Assembly (NCBI RefSeq): GCF_001194135.2
Contig: NC_068986.1
Span: 105,995,354 to 106,059,107, forward strand
From: Octopus bimaculoides
Lineage: Eukaryota
DNA length: 63,754 nt
Direction of reading: 5' to 3'
Shown: piece after piece, positions 35,121-47,680 of the stretch
Layout: every line of letters starts with the position of its first letter
Numbering within the stretch: the stretch's first letter is position 1
Program-made: the position numbers and the translations under genes
The notes under the pieces: generated by a model
What the model was told of the DNA's origin: nothing
The model's input: the letters and a program-made list of their open reading frames with translations, nothing else
Database searches by the model: none

Positions 35121-35744
35121 TATATTCTTTAATGGACCATTTCTGAAAAGAATCATGGCGTTCATGGTAGAAACACTTTTGATCATAGTTCTACTTCATT
35201 ATGACTGACAAAAAGATAAAAGAAGCCAGCAATATAACTCTGAGCAAATAATCAGTACATTATGGTGGAGACTTATCAAGTTTAATCTTTGCTTTTCTCC
35301 TTTTCTTAATAGGCCAAAGTTTAAGAAATCAAGGAATATGAAGGTTTCGTAACGGCTCCAAGCTATAGAAGTAGCAAGAAAGTGAAATGAAAAATCCTTA
35401 ATTTTATTTTTACAATGCAATAATCGTATATTACCCAAAGGTAGAAAAATAGTGAAAATCTGCATTAAATTCCAATACGAAATCTTCAGCGAATTTTGTT
35501 TTCCATAGATAATAGCTAGAATGGAAATATTGCTGATATTAATTTCTTATTAACTTAGCGTTTGCTAGATTTGTTCCATCAGAAAACTTCAAATAGAAGA
35601 TATTTTCATTGCATTTACAGTTTCTTCTAACGTAGCAATGTTATTTATTTTCCAGTTAGTGTCTCATTTAAACCTCACATACACCAAAAATCGATAAACA
35701 TTCCTCCCTCTCTCTTTCACTCTTTCGCCTTCTATCTGTTTCTC

Positions 35745-35751
35745 TTTTTCC

Positions 35752-35796
<45 letters not shown>
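35745..35796 (+). repeat. (TC)n microsatellite
   Basis: Read directly. Confidence 0.95.
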
Positions 35797-35798
<2 letters not shown>

Positions 35799-36216
35799 AA
35801 AGCACAGAACGTTATTTTTAAACCATTTATTATTCCTTCTCATAATGTTTTTAACTGTACGGCTCCGAAAGCAAAGCGTGAAGCACATTTTGATAAGAAA
35901 AAAAATAGAATTTCACGTTAGAATATTGATAAAAACAACAACAACAATAATCCAAGATGACAACGACAAAGACAAATATACAACAAAGAAGGTGCTGAAG
36001 TCTAAAAATTGAAACAAAGATATAAATAGCAAAGATAACCCTAGGAAAGCAACCATTGAAAAAGATTTCACTTCGCTACACATTAACACTAGTTTATACA
36101 TTCCAAAGCAATTCCAGCATCACGTGCAACAACGTTAAGGAGGTGCCAGAGACTACATTTTATAGTTTCTAATATTAAGAACAAAGTTCGGTAATGAATT
36201 ACTTTATATTATTAAT

Positions 36217-36709
36217 AAGGTGGCGAGTTGGTAGAAACGTTAGCACGCCGGGCGAAATGTTTAGCGGTATTTCGTCTGTCTTTACGTTCTGAGTTCAAAT
36301 TCCGCCGAGGTTGACTTTACTTTTCATCCTTTCGGGGTCGGTTAAATAAGTACCAGTTACGCACTGGAGTCGATGTAATCGACTTAATCCCTTTGTCTGT
36401 CCTTGTTTGTCCCCTCTATGTTTAGCCCCTTGTGAGCAATAAAGAAATAAATATTAAAAACAAAGTCACCTAATAGATTACTCTATATTATAAGGCGGCG
36501 AGCTGGCAGAAACGTTAGCACGCCGGGTGAAGTGTTTAGTGGTATTTCCTCTGTCTTTACGTTCTGAGTTCAAATTCCGGCGAGGTCGACTTTGACCTTT
36601 CATAATTTCGGGGTCGATAAATTAAGTACCAGTTGCGTACTAGGATCGATCAAATCGACTGGTCCCCTCCCTAAAAATTTCGGGCCTCGTGCCTAGAGTA
36701 AAAAAGAAT
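36217..36709 (+). mobile_element. Two family A SINE monomers in tandem (36217-36450 tail 1; 36492-36709 tail 2)
   Basis: Both start AAGG(T/C)GGCGAG; each preceded by a similar AT-rich segment of about 45-50 bp. Confidence 0.9.
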
Positions 36710-37667
36710 CTATGCTAATAATAGACGATTGAGTTTCCTGAATAGGCTGTAAGACGTGACGAAAGTAAAACCAGTCGATTTATCCACCAGCGAGCAACAT
36801 TACAATGCAATGATTCGGTCACACCTCTAACTCAGGGCGAAAATACCTAATAAAAATTGGAGAAGCTGCTCGTGTTAAAAGTTTTTTAGAAATGCTTTTT
36901 TGTCGATTGAATATACTTTTATTTTTACATCTACTTGCTGGTTGTAAGAATAGAAAAAATTGGATTCTGTTTCTAGAACGATTAGTTATCGCTTCCTAAA
37001 GATTGAAAATAATTTGCATTCAAGCTTTGACATGATTTTTTAAAAACTTCAGTACAAGGCTACACATTTTAGTTGAAGGGTGTGATTGTTTTTATGGAAT
37101 CTGTTTGTAGACATTTCTTTATTTGGTCTTTGAGGGTAAAAAAAAAAGAAGAAAAAACGAAGCAGATCTCGTCAGTATTTAAATCCAGAACATTAAGAGA
37201 TGTGATTAAACAGTGCAAGACATTCAGTCAGGCAGTGTATCATTTCGCTTCACGCCTCCTCTCTCAACACAAGCTATATAATAATTTAATAAGGCACTAC
37301 ATGGCTTTTAGATCAGCCAGAAATTAAAGCAACCAAATATCATACGTTATTACCCCACCATCATAAAATTGAAGAATGCATTAAATAATGTTCTCTAAGA
37401 TATTCTGCGTCTGAAAAAGTAAAAATAGACGAGATAGTTTTGGCTGGAATATTTCTGATCATAAGTCTATTCAGTGAGAGATGTCCTGGTTGAATACCAA
37501 CAACGCAAGCAATATTTAACAGTTAAATTGCCGGGGGTTAACGATTTGAATCCCATTTTTGCCGGTATCAATTTGCCGTTCATCCCTCTGGTATTGGTAA
37601 ATTTTGTGCCATAGTTTGCAACACTATATATTAGAGTGATGTAGGACTGTTAATATATTGCTTGTTT

Positions 37668-37885
37668 AAGGCGCTGAGCTGGCAGAATCGTTAGCGTGCT
37701 GAACAAAGCACTTAGCGGCATTTCGTCCGTGTTTACGTTGTGAGTTCAAATTTTGCCGAGGTCAAATTTACCGTTCATCCTTTCAAGATCGATAAAATAA
37801 GTACCAATACAGCACTGGGATTCGATGTAATCGAATTGCCCACTGATCCCGTAACTGCTGGCCTTGTGCCAAAAATTGAAACCAA
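37668..37885 (+). mobile_element. Family A SINE monomer
   Basis: GAGCTGGCAGAATCGTTAGC...GAGTTCAAATTTTGCCGAGGTC...AAAATAAGTACCA. Confidence 0.88.
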
Positions 37886-38194
37886 TATACTGTTTGTGTG
37901 AAACAAGATCAATTTCACATTTTGGTCGAAGCTGGAAGATTTTATCCAACTGAATTAGCAGCCAACTCACGTGATATCTTTGCACCACGGTTTCATGGAA
38001 ATGAAGGTTCGCGAAGTATCTACGTTCCTTTGACAGTCCATAGGCTGACCACAAGTGTAGCAGATGTTAGTCCTGCAAGTTCAGCTCTTTCTGAATCATG
38101 GTGAACATGATTAGGAATATGTTCGTATAATATTCTAAAATTTTGATACAAATCCAACAATTATTTAAGCGGAAAAGGAAATCGATTGCATCGG

Positions 38195-38490
38195 CTTCCG
38201 TACTTGACCGATCCTTATTTTGATCCACTCCAAAAGGATGAAAGGCAAGGCCGACTTCGGCTGACTTAAGTTCAGAACGTAAACATTTTTCTACTCTAGG
38301 CACAAGGCTCGAAATTTTTGGGGGAGGGGGCCAGTCGATAAGATCGACCTCAGTACGCAACTGGTACTTAATTTATCGACTCCGAAAGGATAACAGGCAA
38401 AGTCGACCTCGGCTGAATTTGAACTCAGAACGTAATAGACTGGCGAAATACCGTTAAGCGTTTTGTCTGACTAGAGGTTCTGCCAGCTTG
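38195..38490 (-). mobile_element. Two family A SINE pieces (38195-38282 partial; 38285-38490)
   Basis: TTTTCTACTCTAGGCACAAGG tail and GGCAAAGTCGACCTCGGC core. Confidence 0.85.
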
Positions 38491-39439
38491 ATTAGCAACA
38501 TGTGGCGTTTAGCAATATATGAACCATTTCTGGGCAGCTATTTGCCGTTTTATGCTCGTTGCAGAAACGTCCCAATAACTTAAACTTTAAGTGAAATCAG
38601 TAAATAACAAAATCTGAATAGCTGACTGTGCATGTGCACAAATCAGAATTAAGTATTTTAACGAAATGCTGACCTTTTCTTTCTCATTTAGGCTGATGCG
38701 CTTGCTAATTAGAAAACAAAAAGTGAATCATATTCTTGATAAGATATTATAAGAAGAAAGTTGTTGATAACAACCCTATCATTTGTATCGTTCTAATTCA
38801 ATGTACAATTATAAGTTAGAGAAAGACGAAATTTTGATAATCTCTTCAAAGGTTCATAAAAAAGAAAAAGATATAATCTTGAAGCTTTATCCATAGCTAA
38901 AGAAGTTAATTTCAAATTCGATAGATTTTTCATTGACAACTATTTCTGGCAAGCGTATCCTTTCCTTATCTCTTAATAACATCTTAAAGATAATATGGTG
39001 CTAGATATTTCGAACTCTAATGTTTTCTAGAAGCAGAAATCGTTCTCAAATTGTAATTTTTTTTTTCATAATATAGAAAGTAAGAAATATAACTTATCTT
39101 CTATCACGTTTATCACCTTCCTCTAATTTCCACAAGCGTCAAGTTTTTCAATTTATTTGCAATCTCATCACATCCTCAAATCTACAAACCAATATTCCAT
39201 ACAATATTCTTATTTTCTTTTCAACTAGAAGCAAGCCATCATATTTCTGAGAGATGAAAGATGTAAAAAGTTGTGACATTCATGTCTTTCTGATGGAAAT
39301 TAGCATTGTAGGTGAGATGAAATTATGGCAAATTCGTAATTGTGAAGTTGCCTCACCAAATAGTAAGAGTACAGAATCTAAATTAACGAATATATATTAA
39401 AAAAAAATAGTCATGATCATAAGGTTACCAATTTAATTA

Positions 39440-39700
39440 AGAGACCGGGTGGTAGGTTGTATTAATGAGCAAGGTACTTCGTATCATGTTGCTTCAGCAA
39501 CATGATACGAAGTACCTTGTTCACCTAGCTGCAATGAGTACCAACCGGGTGCTGATGGAGTCTTCTACATTACCATGTGGTCTTCCTATCCTGGATGTTC
39601 CGCTGGGTGAAGGGTGAGTTGACTGAGGTATCTGTGTTTGTTAGGGGTTAGATAATCCCCTAAGACAGTCAGAGAAAGCATCACACATGTTACCAAGTCA
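39440..39700 (+). mobile_element. Old C/D-like SINE core containing a perfect palindrome at 39470-39519
   Basis: GAGCAAGGTACTT...GTTGCT and TTCACCTAGCTGCAATGAGTACC resemble the family C core GAGCAAGACACTT...GTT(G/A)CTCCAGTTCACTCA(G/A)CTG. Confidence 0.6.
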
Positions 39701-39849
39701 TTTTACCCATCAAGTAAAGCAAGCTGTATATTTTAAACTATTTATAGTTAAGTCTAACTGCTTCTTTTTTTTGGACTTAAGAAGAGAGACTACTTGCATA
39801 AAAAAACCCACTTAAGTAAGGTATGTCCACTGGATATTACTGTCTTCGA

Positions 39850-40040
39850 GTCTTAGGGAGTCATAGGGCCGATTGCCCGGATTTAATTGTGTATATATAA
39901 CAGAGATCAAACATTCCGTCCCTGAACGAAACCCCATTTCATTGCACGATTACATTTGAGTGGAATGCAACAACGTAAAATAAAGGGATTTGCTTAAGAA
40001 CACAATTAATCGAGTGGTCTGGGTTTCGAAACCATGCAGC
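39850..40040 (-). mobile_element. Decayed family D-like SINE
   Basis: TAGGGAGTCATAGGGC tail also seen at 49365; core GCAACAACGTAAAATAAAG...GCTTAAGAACAC. Confidence 0.6.
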
Positions 40041-40090
40041 TTCACGATTACATACGCGGTTATTGCATATATAATTTGTGTTTGTATTAT

Positions 40091-40525
40091 GGCGGCGAGC
40101 TGACGGAAGCGTTAACACTCCGGGCGAAATGCTTAGCACTATTTCGTCTGCCTTTATGTTCTGAGTTCAAATTCCGCCGAGGTCGACTTTGCCTTTCATC
40201 CTTTAGGAGGTCGATAAATGAAGTACCATTTGCGTACTGAGGTCGAGCTAATCGACTGCCACACCCCCTCTCCAAAAGTTCAAGCCTTGTGCCTAGAGTA
40301 GAAAAGATATAATCCTTTCTAGTATAAGCACAACGCTTGACATTTTGGGGGAGATGGCAAGTCAATTAGGTTGACCTTAGTACGCAACTGGTACTTATTT
40401 TATCGACCCTGAAAGGGTGAAAGGCAAAGTAGACCTCAGCGGAATTTGAACTCAGAATGCAGCGGTAGACGAAATACTGCTAAGCATTTCGCCCGGAGTG
40501 TTAACGATTCTGCCAGCTCACCGCC
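40091..40525. mobile_element. Inverted tail-to-tail pair of family A SINEs (40091-40308 plus; 40316-40525 minus)
   Basis: GGCGGCGAGCTGACGGAAGCGTTAACACTCCGGGCGAAATGCTTAGCA versus TGCTAAGCATTTCGCCCGGAGTGTTAACGATTCTGCCAGCTCACCGCC. Confidence 0.92.
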
Positions 40526-42071
40526 TTAAGCCGCATTGAAGAATATAGCGGTAAATACTCAATGCCTGAGAGAAGGCTTGATTCTTTATAATTAGAATGG
40601 CTTTGGCCATCTTACATCTGCTCTGTCGGGGTTGATTTGGCTCTGAACGACAGTATGCTCAACCTTGTCTTTTATTTCCAATCCGATTCTTGTCAATGCA
40701 GTCTGCCAATTGTTGTGACTATCCCAGTAAATTTATATTCAGCTTCTTTATATTACGCTAATCTGCATAGGTTTATGCTAATTACACGTATATTTGAGCC
40801 GCAAATAAGTAACCAAAGATAAAAGGATTTAAATAAAAGGAATAATGTTCTTGCGATTTGACGATTTGATTCACATTAATTTTGCATGTTGCAGATTCTG
40901 TATTCTCTCGTCGATTGAAAATAGCGATCTGTTAAACAAAAGGCTTCTCGACATAGACTTGGCAGAGTGACAACTCTAAAATAGCAGTGTTTGTCTCAAG
41001 TATCTGTTAATAGATTGAGAGAAAAATCAATTTTCTTATAACGTTACCTTTGTTTTTTTTACTTTCCCTCTCAAAAATTACCACTAAGAACATCGATTAT
41101 GCAAAGTTCTGTATCGATGAAATCTTTAATGATTGCTTCCCAAAATACCAAAGACGATGAAGTCCTTTCTATTGCTTTTTTTCTCTCCTTATATATTTAA
41201 AATGAAGCTCTACCTCCGAGTGTACGGTTGAATGGTTGCTACTATTATTACTCAGGAAATATACTCACACATATACACACACACTCTCCCATACACACAC
41301 TCTCCCTTACTATTTATTGCTCTATATAGTTTCTTATTGAAGCTACCATTGGCTCTATTTCAGAGAAGCCATTGTTGAGCTCGAGCTGTCTCGCCGTTCA
41401 TCAAGTGCAGTTAGTTGTTTACATAATGACTTCAATTTAGTCGTTTATATAACGATTTCATTTATATATATATATATATAAGAAAATAGGTACATTTAAA
41501 GTGATAGCATACTGGCTTACTGACCGGCGAATGAACGGTTCGTATTCTCATTAGCGGTAGCACTATTACACTGTTTTGCAATCAATGAAATACGACTTTA
41601 ATAGTGCAGTTCATTTAGCTTTGAGCAAATCATCGCTTATTTAATGTGACATGCGCGACAATAGGAATCGTAATGTTTTGAGCTCATAACTCGTCTTCAA
41701 AAATATAGACTTCAGAAACTCTCGAACTGAGAAACTCACTTATCGATTTAGGAACTTTTTAAATTCTACAAAACCTACGAACTAGTTTTCATTTCTCTAA
41801 CTCAGTGCATCACTAGTTGCCTGGAACTCTCGCTTATATTTTCCCAGGGCCGTACATTTGTGAAGGGGAAACGTCGAGCATATCGACTGCGGTACTTAGC
41901 TGAATCTTATTATATCGCCCCTAGAAGGACGAAAGGTAGAGACGTTCTAAGCGGGATTCGAAACTAGAAATTAAAGTGAAGCAACAAAATACAATAATTT
42001 TATGTTTGATAATTTATCGATTCTTCCAAACCCAGCGTTATTTTATTTTGTATTTTATTTTTTTTATTGTC

Positions 42072-42290
42072 AAGGCGACGAGCTGGTAGAAACGTTAGCA
42101 CGCCGGGCGAAATATTTAGCGACATTTCTCCCGTCGCTACGTTCTCAGTTCGAATTCCGTCGAGGTCGACTTTGCATTTTATCCTTTCGGGGTCGATGAT
42201 ATCAGTATTAGTTACGCGTTGAGGTCGATGTAATCGACTAGTCCCCTTTTTTTCCCAAATCTTCAAGGCCTTGTACCTAGAAATGAAATA
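42072..42290 (+). mobile_element. Family A SINE monomer
   Basis: AAGGCGACGAGCTGGTAGAAACGTTAGCACGCCGGGCGAAA...GAGGTCGACTTTGC. Confidence 0.9.
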
Positions 42291-43112
42291 ATTATTAAAA
42301 TGCTTAGCGGTATTTCCTTTGACGCTTTACACTCTAATCCATCCGAGCTCAGCCTTTCCTTATTTCCTTTTAGAGTCGATAAAATAAAGTACCAGCAATG
42401 TACGAGGGTGAATGTAATCGACTAATCCCTTCCATCTAAACTGCTTAAAAATTTGAAACAATATAAATAATTATCAATAATCACTCTTCTTTATTGATAG
42501 CTGTTGCGTTGTTAGTGAACTAAAACCATACAGCGGGTGATTTTCAGAGAAGTTTACTTTCAAATTATGAAAAGTAAAGTACTGTAAATTTTAAAAAATT
42601 TTAATTCTAATTAATCCAACAGAAGCTTTTTGAAGAAACGAAAACGTTTTAGGGTAAATGAGCAAATAATTATTTCTTTGTTGAAGTCAAACAGAAAAAG
42701 AAAAAGAAAGAAAACACAAAAAACTACACAAACCATTGCGTCATACATGCTTTTAATTCACCACAGCACTTAAAGAATTCAATACGAAACATCGTTGCAT
42801 TACAATGTATTCTGGCTATGAATTATTTAAACTATCTCGGGAGGGACATTATGCTAACAAAAAATACAGGTACTAGTTCAAATTCACACTTTTAATATTT
42901 GTCAACTAATTAAGTTTTTAACCAATTAACTAATTAGTTGTTTGAGTAGGTCAATCTCTTATGTATATCAGTTAACCAGTTGTTTATCGGTACCCTCGTC
43001 ACCATTCGCGACCTCTACAATTGCATGTTCTCTAACCAATTGACAAATGATAAAAAAAATAAAACAGAACCAGCGCCTATGTTTATTATTGGCTAAATAA
43101 TCCTTCCAAGAT

Positions 43113-43491
43113 GGAGGCGCAATGGCCCAGTGGTTAGGGCAGCGGACTCGCGGTCATAGGATCGCGGTTTCGATTCCCAGACCGGGCGTTGTGAGTGTTT
43201 ATTGAGCGAAAACACCTAAAGCTCCACGTAGCTCCGGCAGGGGATGGTGGCAAACCCTGCTGTACTCTTTTACCACAACTGTCTCTCACTCTTACTTGCT
43301 GTTTCTGTTTTGCCTGTAATTCAAAGAGTCAGCTTTGTCACACTGTGTCACGCTGAATCTCCCTGAGAACTACGTTAAGGGTACACGTGTCTGTAGAGTG
43401 CTCAGCCACTTGCACGTTAATTTCACGTGCAGTCTGTTCCGTTGATCGGATCAACTGGAACCCTCGACGTCGTAAGCGACGGAGTGCCAAC
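43113..43491 (+). mobile_element. Family E SINE, full length
   Basis: 14-bp TSD AATC(C/T)TTCCAAGAT at 43099-43112 and 43492-43505; head GGAGGCGCAATGGCCCAGTGGTTAGGGC...TTCGATTCCC; tail GGATCAACTGGAACCCTCGACGTCGTAAGCGACGGAGTGCCAACA. Ceph-SINE-like layout is an inference. Confidence 0.93.
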
Positions 43492-43599
43492 AATCTTTCC
43501 AAGATACTGCATAAGAGTCTTGCAACTTAAATACAAGAAGGAAAAATTTAGGATATATACAGAAAGCTTAAAAATTGTAACATTAAAGAACCTGTGATT

Positions 43600-44950
43600 G
43601 GCGACCTAACTATATTCTTTTATGAAAAAATGAACCCAAAGAAAGTAACTCGTAAGTTATGTCGCTAGCAAATAAGTTGTTAACTATTCTGACAATAAAT
43701 TTGTGACAATATTATTATTCTGACAATAAATTTGTGAAAGAATGCTTTCTATTAGTTTTTAAACTTTCGTGCTTGGAGTAGTTTAAAATGATTGAAAAGA
43801 TTAGCTTATCTCTAAGCATAACAACAATAAATATCTGTTAAAGAAACTGCAAGTGATATCAAAGTTTCATGAGAAGAAAAGTCATTAGAATTTCGTTTAT
43901 TTTTACTGGTTATCGATAAATGTACTGATATATCTGATACAGCTGAACTTGCAATTTTACACTTGATGTTGATAAGGCCTTTAATGTTACAGGAAGAAAT
44001 ATTTCGTAATCAAACAATGAACGATATCGTTAGAAGAAACATCTGTGGAGATGAAAGAAAACAAAACAATAATAAAACGTTTAATCTCTTCTTAGAAAAG
44101 CTTGTCAGTGTATCTAAAGATATTACCAAACCAGCAATGATTAAGATAGGTCTCATGCTAAATTACAATCAAAATTAGTTTCTCTAAATTCGACATGCAA
44201 TAACTTTTCATACTACAACAACTATGTGCAAAATCTGAAAAAAACTCGAAAAATATCTTGCTTGTCATTGTTAATACAAGTATCAATTTCATAAGATTGT
44301 AAGCACTTAACCATGACCAATTTAGAAATATTTTAGTTGGAAACCTAAATCTGTGTTTGATGATGGCTATACTATCACACTACTTGTTGGTTACGGTGGG
44401 GGGTAAGATATGACAACATTTTGTAGTCTCTGAGAAGATTGATGCATTTTCGGAAATGAACAATAAATTTGTCACTGAGATGCAGAATAACCCTTTCTGC
44501 TGTTGAGGACAAGACCTAAAATTTCGGAGGAAGAAAGTGGTCAATAACATCAATCCTAGCGGTCAACTGGAAAGGAAAAAGCGACCTCGGCGGAAATTAA
44601 ACTTGGAACGTAAAGAACCGGAGAAAAGGCTGTTAAGCACTTTGTCTGGTGTATCAACGAGACCGCCTCACTGAAAGTCAGAATAATAACTTATATTCTT
44701 GTAGATATTACCATCTGTTTAAATATAGTATTATTTGAATACTGTTGAAGAGAATTCTCCAGTTAATTCAAGAAATATGTTCTCATATGAAAACTTTTAA
44801 AATGAAACTTCAAATTAGAGAGAATCAATTCAGAAGTGGTGATATTTTCCATTTACCACTTCCCAACATTAGCATAAATAATGTATTCATTCACTCGAGA
44901 CACCTGAATACATTATTTATGATAATGAATTAAAGAATTTGTCAAAAGAA
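43600..44950 (+). pseudogene. Decayed hAT (Charlie/SPIN/GTF2IRD2-type) transposase, interrupted by a SINE
   Basis: Manual translation: YSDNKFVKECFL, IEKISLS, VIDKCTDISDTAELAI (LDESTD-type first catalytic Asp), DKAFNVT.EE, LEKLVSVS...PAMI, LNHDQF, YHTTCWL (YHT.VRWLS-type), ILVDIT, SHMKTFKMKLQI. Confidence 0.82.
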
Positions 44951-46019
44951 CGGAGCATCTGATTGAATGATTTCAACGCGGGTGATGTTAATTTTCACCC
45001 ATTTAATTCCCCACGAAAGAACCGTCAAAGGAAATAATAGAACTTCGGAGTGGTGAAATACCCTGGCAAACCTGCTATAGTTTTATTGGACTCTCCCTAA
45101 AGACCAAAAACTGTGCTGATTCACTCGACCATAATATGTCATTATATTTAGTAACACTTATAAATATGAACAACGTTATTCTCGAATGGAAATGTTAAAG
45201 TTAAAATCAGGAACTATATTAACAGATAATAATCTTGGAGACAATTTACAAATTGCAACTCAAAAAATATTGAAGCCTTGTAAAAAAAAAAAAAAAATGC
45301 AAAGTTAAGTTTCTCACTAAAGTTCAGGAATAATTTCTTTCTGTTATTTTTTTTTTTGTTACATAAATAATAAATATAAGATAAATACTTTTCTTATCTA
45401 AATTCTGTTTCAGTAGCGAACTCCCCCGTACCTCTTCTTTCTTCTGTAATGCGGGAATTAGTTCCTCTGACACATGTCTCCCAGCTATCATGGTTTTTTT
45501 AAATACTACTTGTATGTATTGAAGTTGCTGTTTTTATTATCATGCGATCATCATTTTCCGAAATCATTACATGAAATGATTACACTACATACAATACGTA
45601 AATACCGCATTAAAGATATTTTTTAGAGGTATCGTCCGTTGGTCGAAAGCGGATAAACTCGCCTACTCTGGAACTTAGTATCAAGGGCTAAATATCGTAT
45701 CATTGCATGACGTAGATTTGAACTTCGTAATAGTATATTAAAATAACAAAATACAGAGACTGTCTTAAAATGCTAAAAGAAAAAGGTTTAGTAGCTTTCA
45801 TTCATTTTAGGCTCAAAGTCCCATCCCCAGAAGCGGACTGAGTACAAAAAAGAAAACAAAAAAAAAACGGCCATGTTGATCGTAGTTGCGTGACTAACCC
45901 TGTAGTGGCGGTGTGAATGGCGATAGTAGCATCGGGCGAATTTAGTAGCAGCGGCTATTCCTCAAATGGTAAAGTCCAAAGGTTCTCAACTGGGGTCCAT
46001 ATAGCCCCCGAAGATCCAT

Positions 46020-46392
46020 GTAGGGCGCCACTTGTTTTCTTAACGAAACATTTTCAAACTTGGGACACTAGTAGAATGTATCATAACGTCTATTGAGGTG
46101 AAAACAATTACTGCTGTGGAATGTAAACAACACGTTTACATTCGCACGTTGTGTGGTGTAATGAGATCTTTTCTCTTGAATAAAATTAGTGCTGTTGTTT
46201 GTCAACAACAACTATCAGCGGTGCTGTTATTTATGACATCGTTCGTGCGTTTGTACTGGTTTTAGCTTTAAGGTTTTAGGGTTAGGGTTCGGGTTTTAGA
46301 GTTAGGGTTAGGGTCTTAGGGTTAGGGTTAGGGCTATGAGTAGTTTTGCCAAAATACTCATAACCCTAACCCTAACCCTAACCCTAACCCTA
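46020..46392. mobile_element. Partial relative of the 2979-3601 MITE carrying (TTAGGG)n - palindromic spacer - (CCCTAA)n
   Basis: 46021-46085 GGGCGCCACTTGTTTTCTTAACGAAACATTTTCAAACTTGGGACACTAGTAGA resembles the reverse complement of 3520-3590; arrays at 46276-46333 and 46361-46392. Confidence 0.7.
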
Positions 46393-46699
46393 GAGCCAAC
46401 ACATACAGAAGTGGAGACAAGGCACACCCCTGACGAACTGGACGCTCGATCTTGAACAACTTGGTTAGTTTAGTGACTGAGGGGGATTACTAAAGTATGT
46501 AGAGGGATATGAGAGAAATAGAGGGGGTGGATAGAATAGGGGTGAGTTGGTAGTCGATATAGCAGTGGTTAGCGGCAGAAAGGAATTGGGTTGGTGTTTT
46601 GAGCGGGGTGCAATGATATGCAAAGTGTATGAAATTAAATATAGGGAAGTGAATAGGGGGAGGGTAGAGGTTGACAGGTTAGCATCCAAAGAAGTATAT

Positions 46700-47075
46700 T
46701 CTTATATTTGTTTCAGTCATTGGACTGCTGCCATGCCGGAGCAACACCTTAAAGGGTTTTAGTCGAACAAATCGACTGCAGGACCTTATTTTTTGTAAGC
46801 CTAGTACTTATTTCTATCGGTCTCTCAATCCGAACCGATAAGTTACGGGGACAAAAACACACCAACATCGGTTGTCAAGCGATGGTAGGGGAACACACAC
46901 ACACGCGCGCGCGCGCGCATACACACACACACACACACACACACATACGACGGGCTTCTTTCAGTTTCCATCTACCAAATCCACTCACAAGGATTTGGTC
47001 AGCCAGAGGCTATAGCAGAAGACACTGGCCCAAGGTGCCATGCAGTGGGACTGAACCCGGAACCATGTTTCTTAC
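46700..47075 (-). mobile_element. Family B SINE, (CA)n inside, 5' end truncated
   Basis: TTGTTTCAGTCATTGGACTG...ACTGAACCCGGAACCATG. Confidence 0.9.
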
Positions 47076-47367
47076 TATAAAACCACATATTTTTTTTTAT
47101 ATCAACTGTACATGTAGTGAGCTGTTCCTGCTCCCTTAATAATAGTTAACCAGATTAAATAATCGAATACTGCATAATACGAGATAATCTCTCAACAACC
47201 CAAAGGTCTAAACTCTACGACTTGATTTCAATTATGGGACGAACCAATGTTTAATTCATTCACTGTCCTAAACTTTAAATGCAAGAACTGCAGCCAATGG
47301 CAACTATTTCGAAATGCTTGACTTCATAAGTATTCAAAGGGTCTTTCCAAATTCAATTTTTCGTGTG

Positions 47368-47369
<2 letters not shown>

Positions 47370-47408
<39 letters not shown>

Positions 47409-47421
47409 ACANNNNNNNNNN

Positions 47422-47482
<61 letters not shown>

Positions 47483-47680
47483 GCACACACACATATGCAT
47501 GTGTGTGGGTATTTGTTTCTGTGAGTGTATGGAGAGAGAAAAAGAGAAAGAGAAAGAGAGAGATAGAAAAAGAGGTAGATTGATAGACAGAGAAAGAGAA
47601 AGAGAGAGGTAGAGAGATAGATAGATAGATAGATAGATAGACAGAGAGATAGAGGAGAGAGAGAGGAGAGAGAGGGGGGA
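47370..47680. repeat. (CA)n, (GA)n, (GATA)n block
   Basis: Read directly. Confidence 0.95.

Noticed and set aside
43113-43190. tRNA-like cloverleaf heads in SINE families A-E
   Set aside because: A and B boxes are present but each continues into a multi-copy SINE body with TSDs; not tRNA genes.
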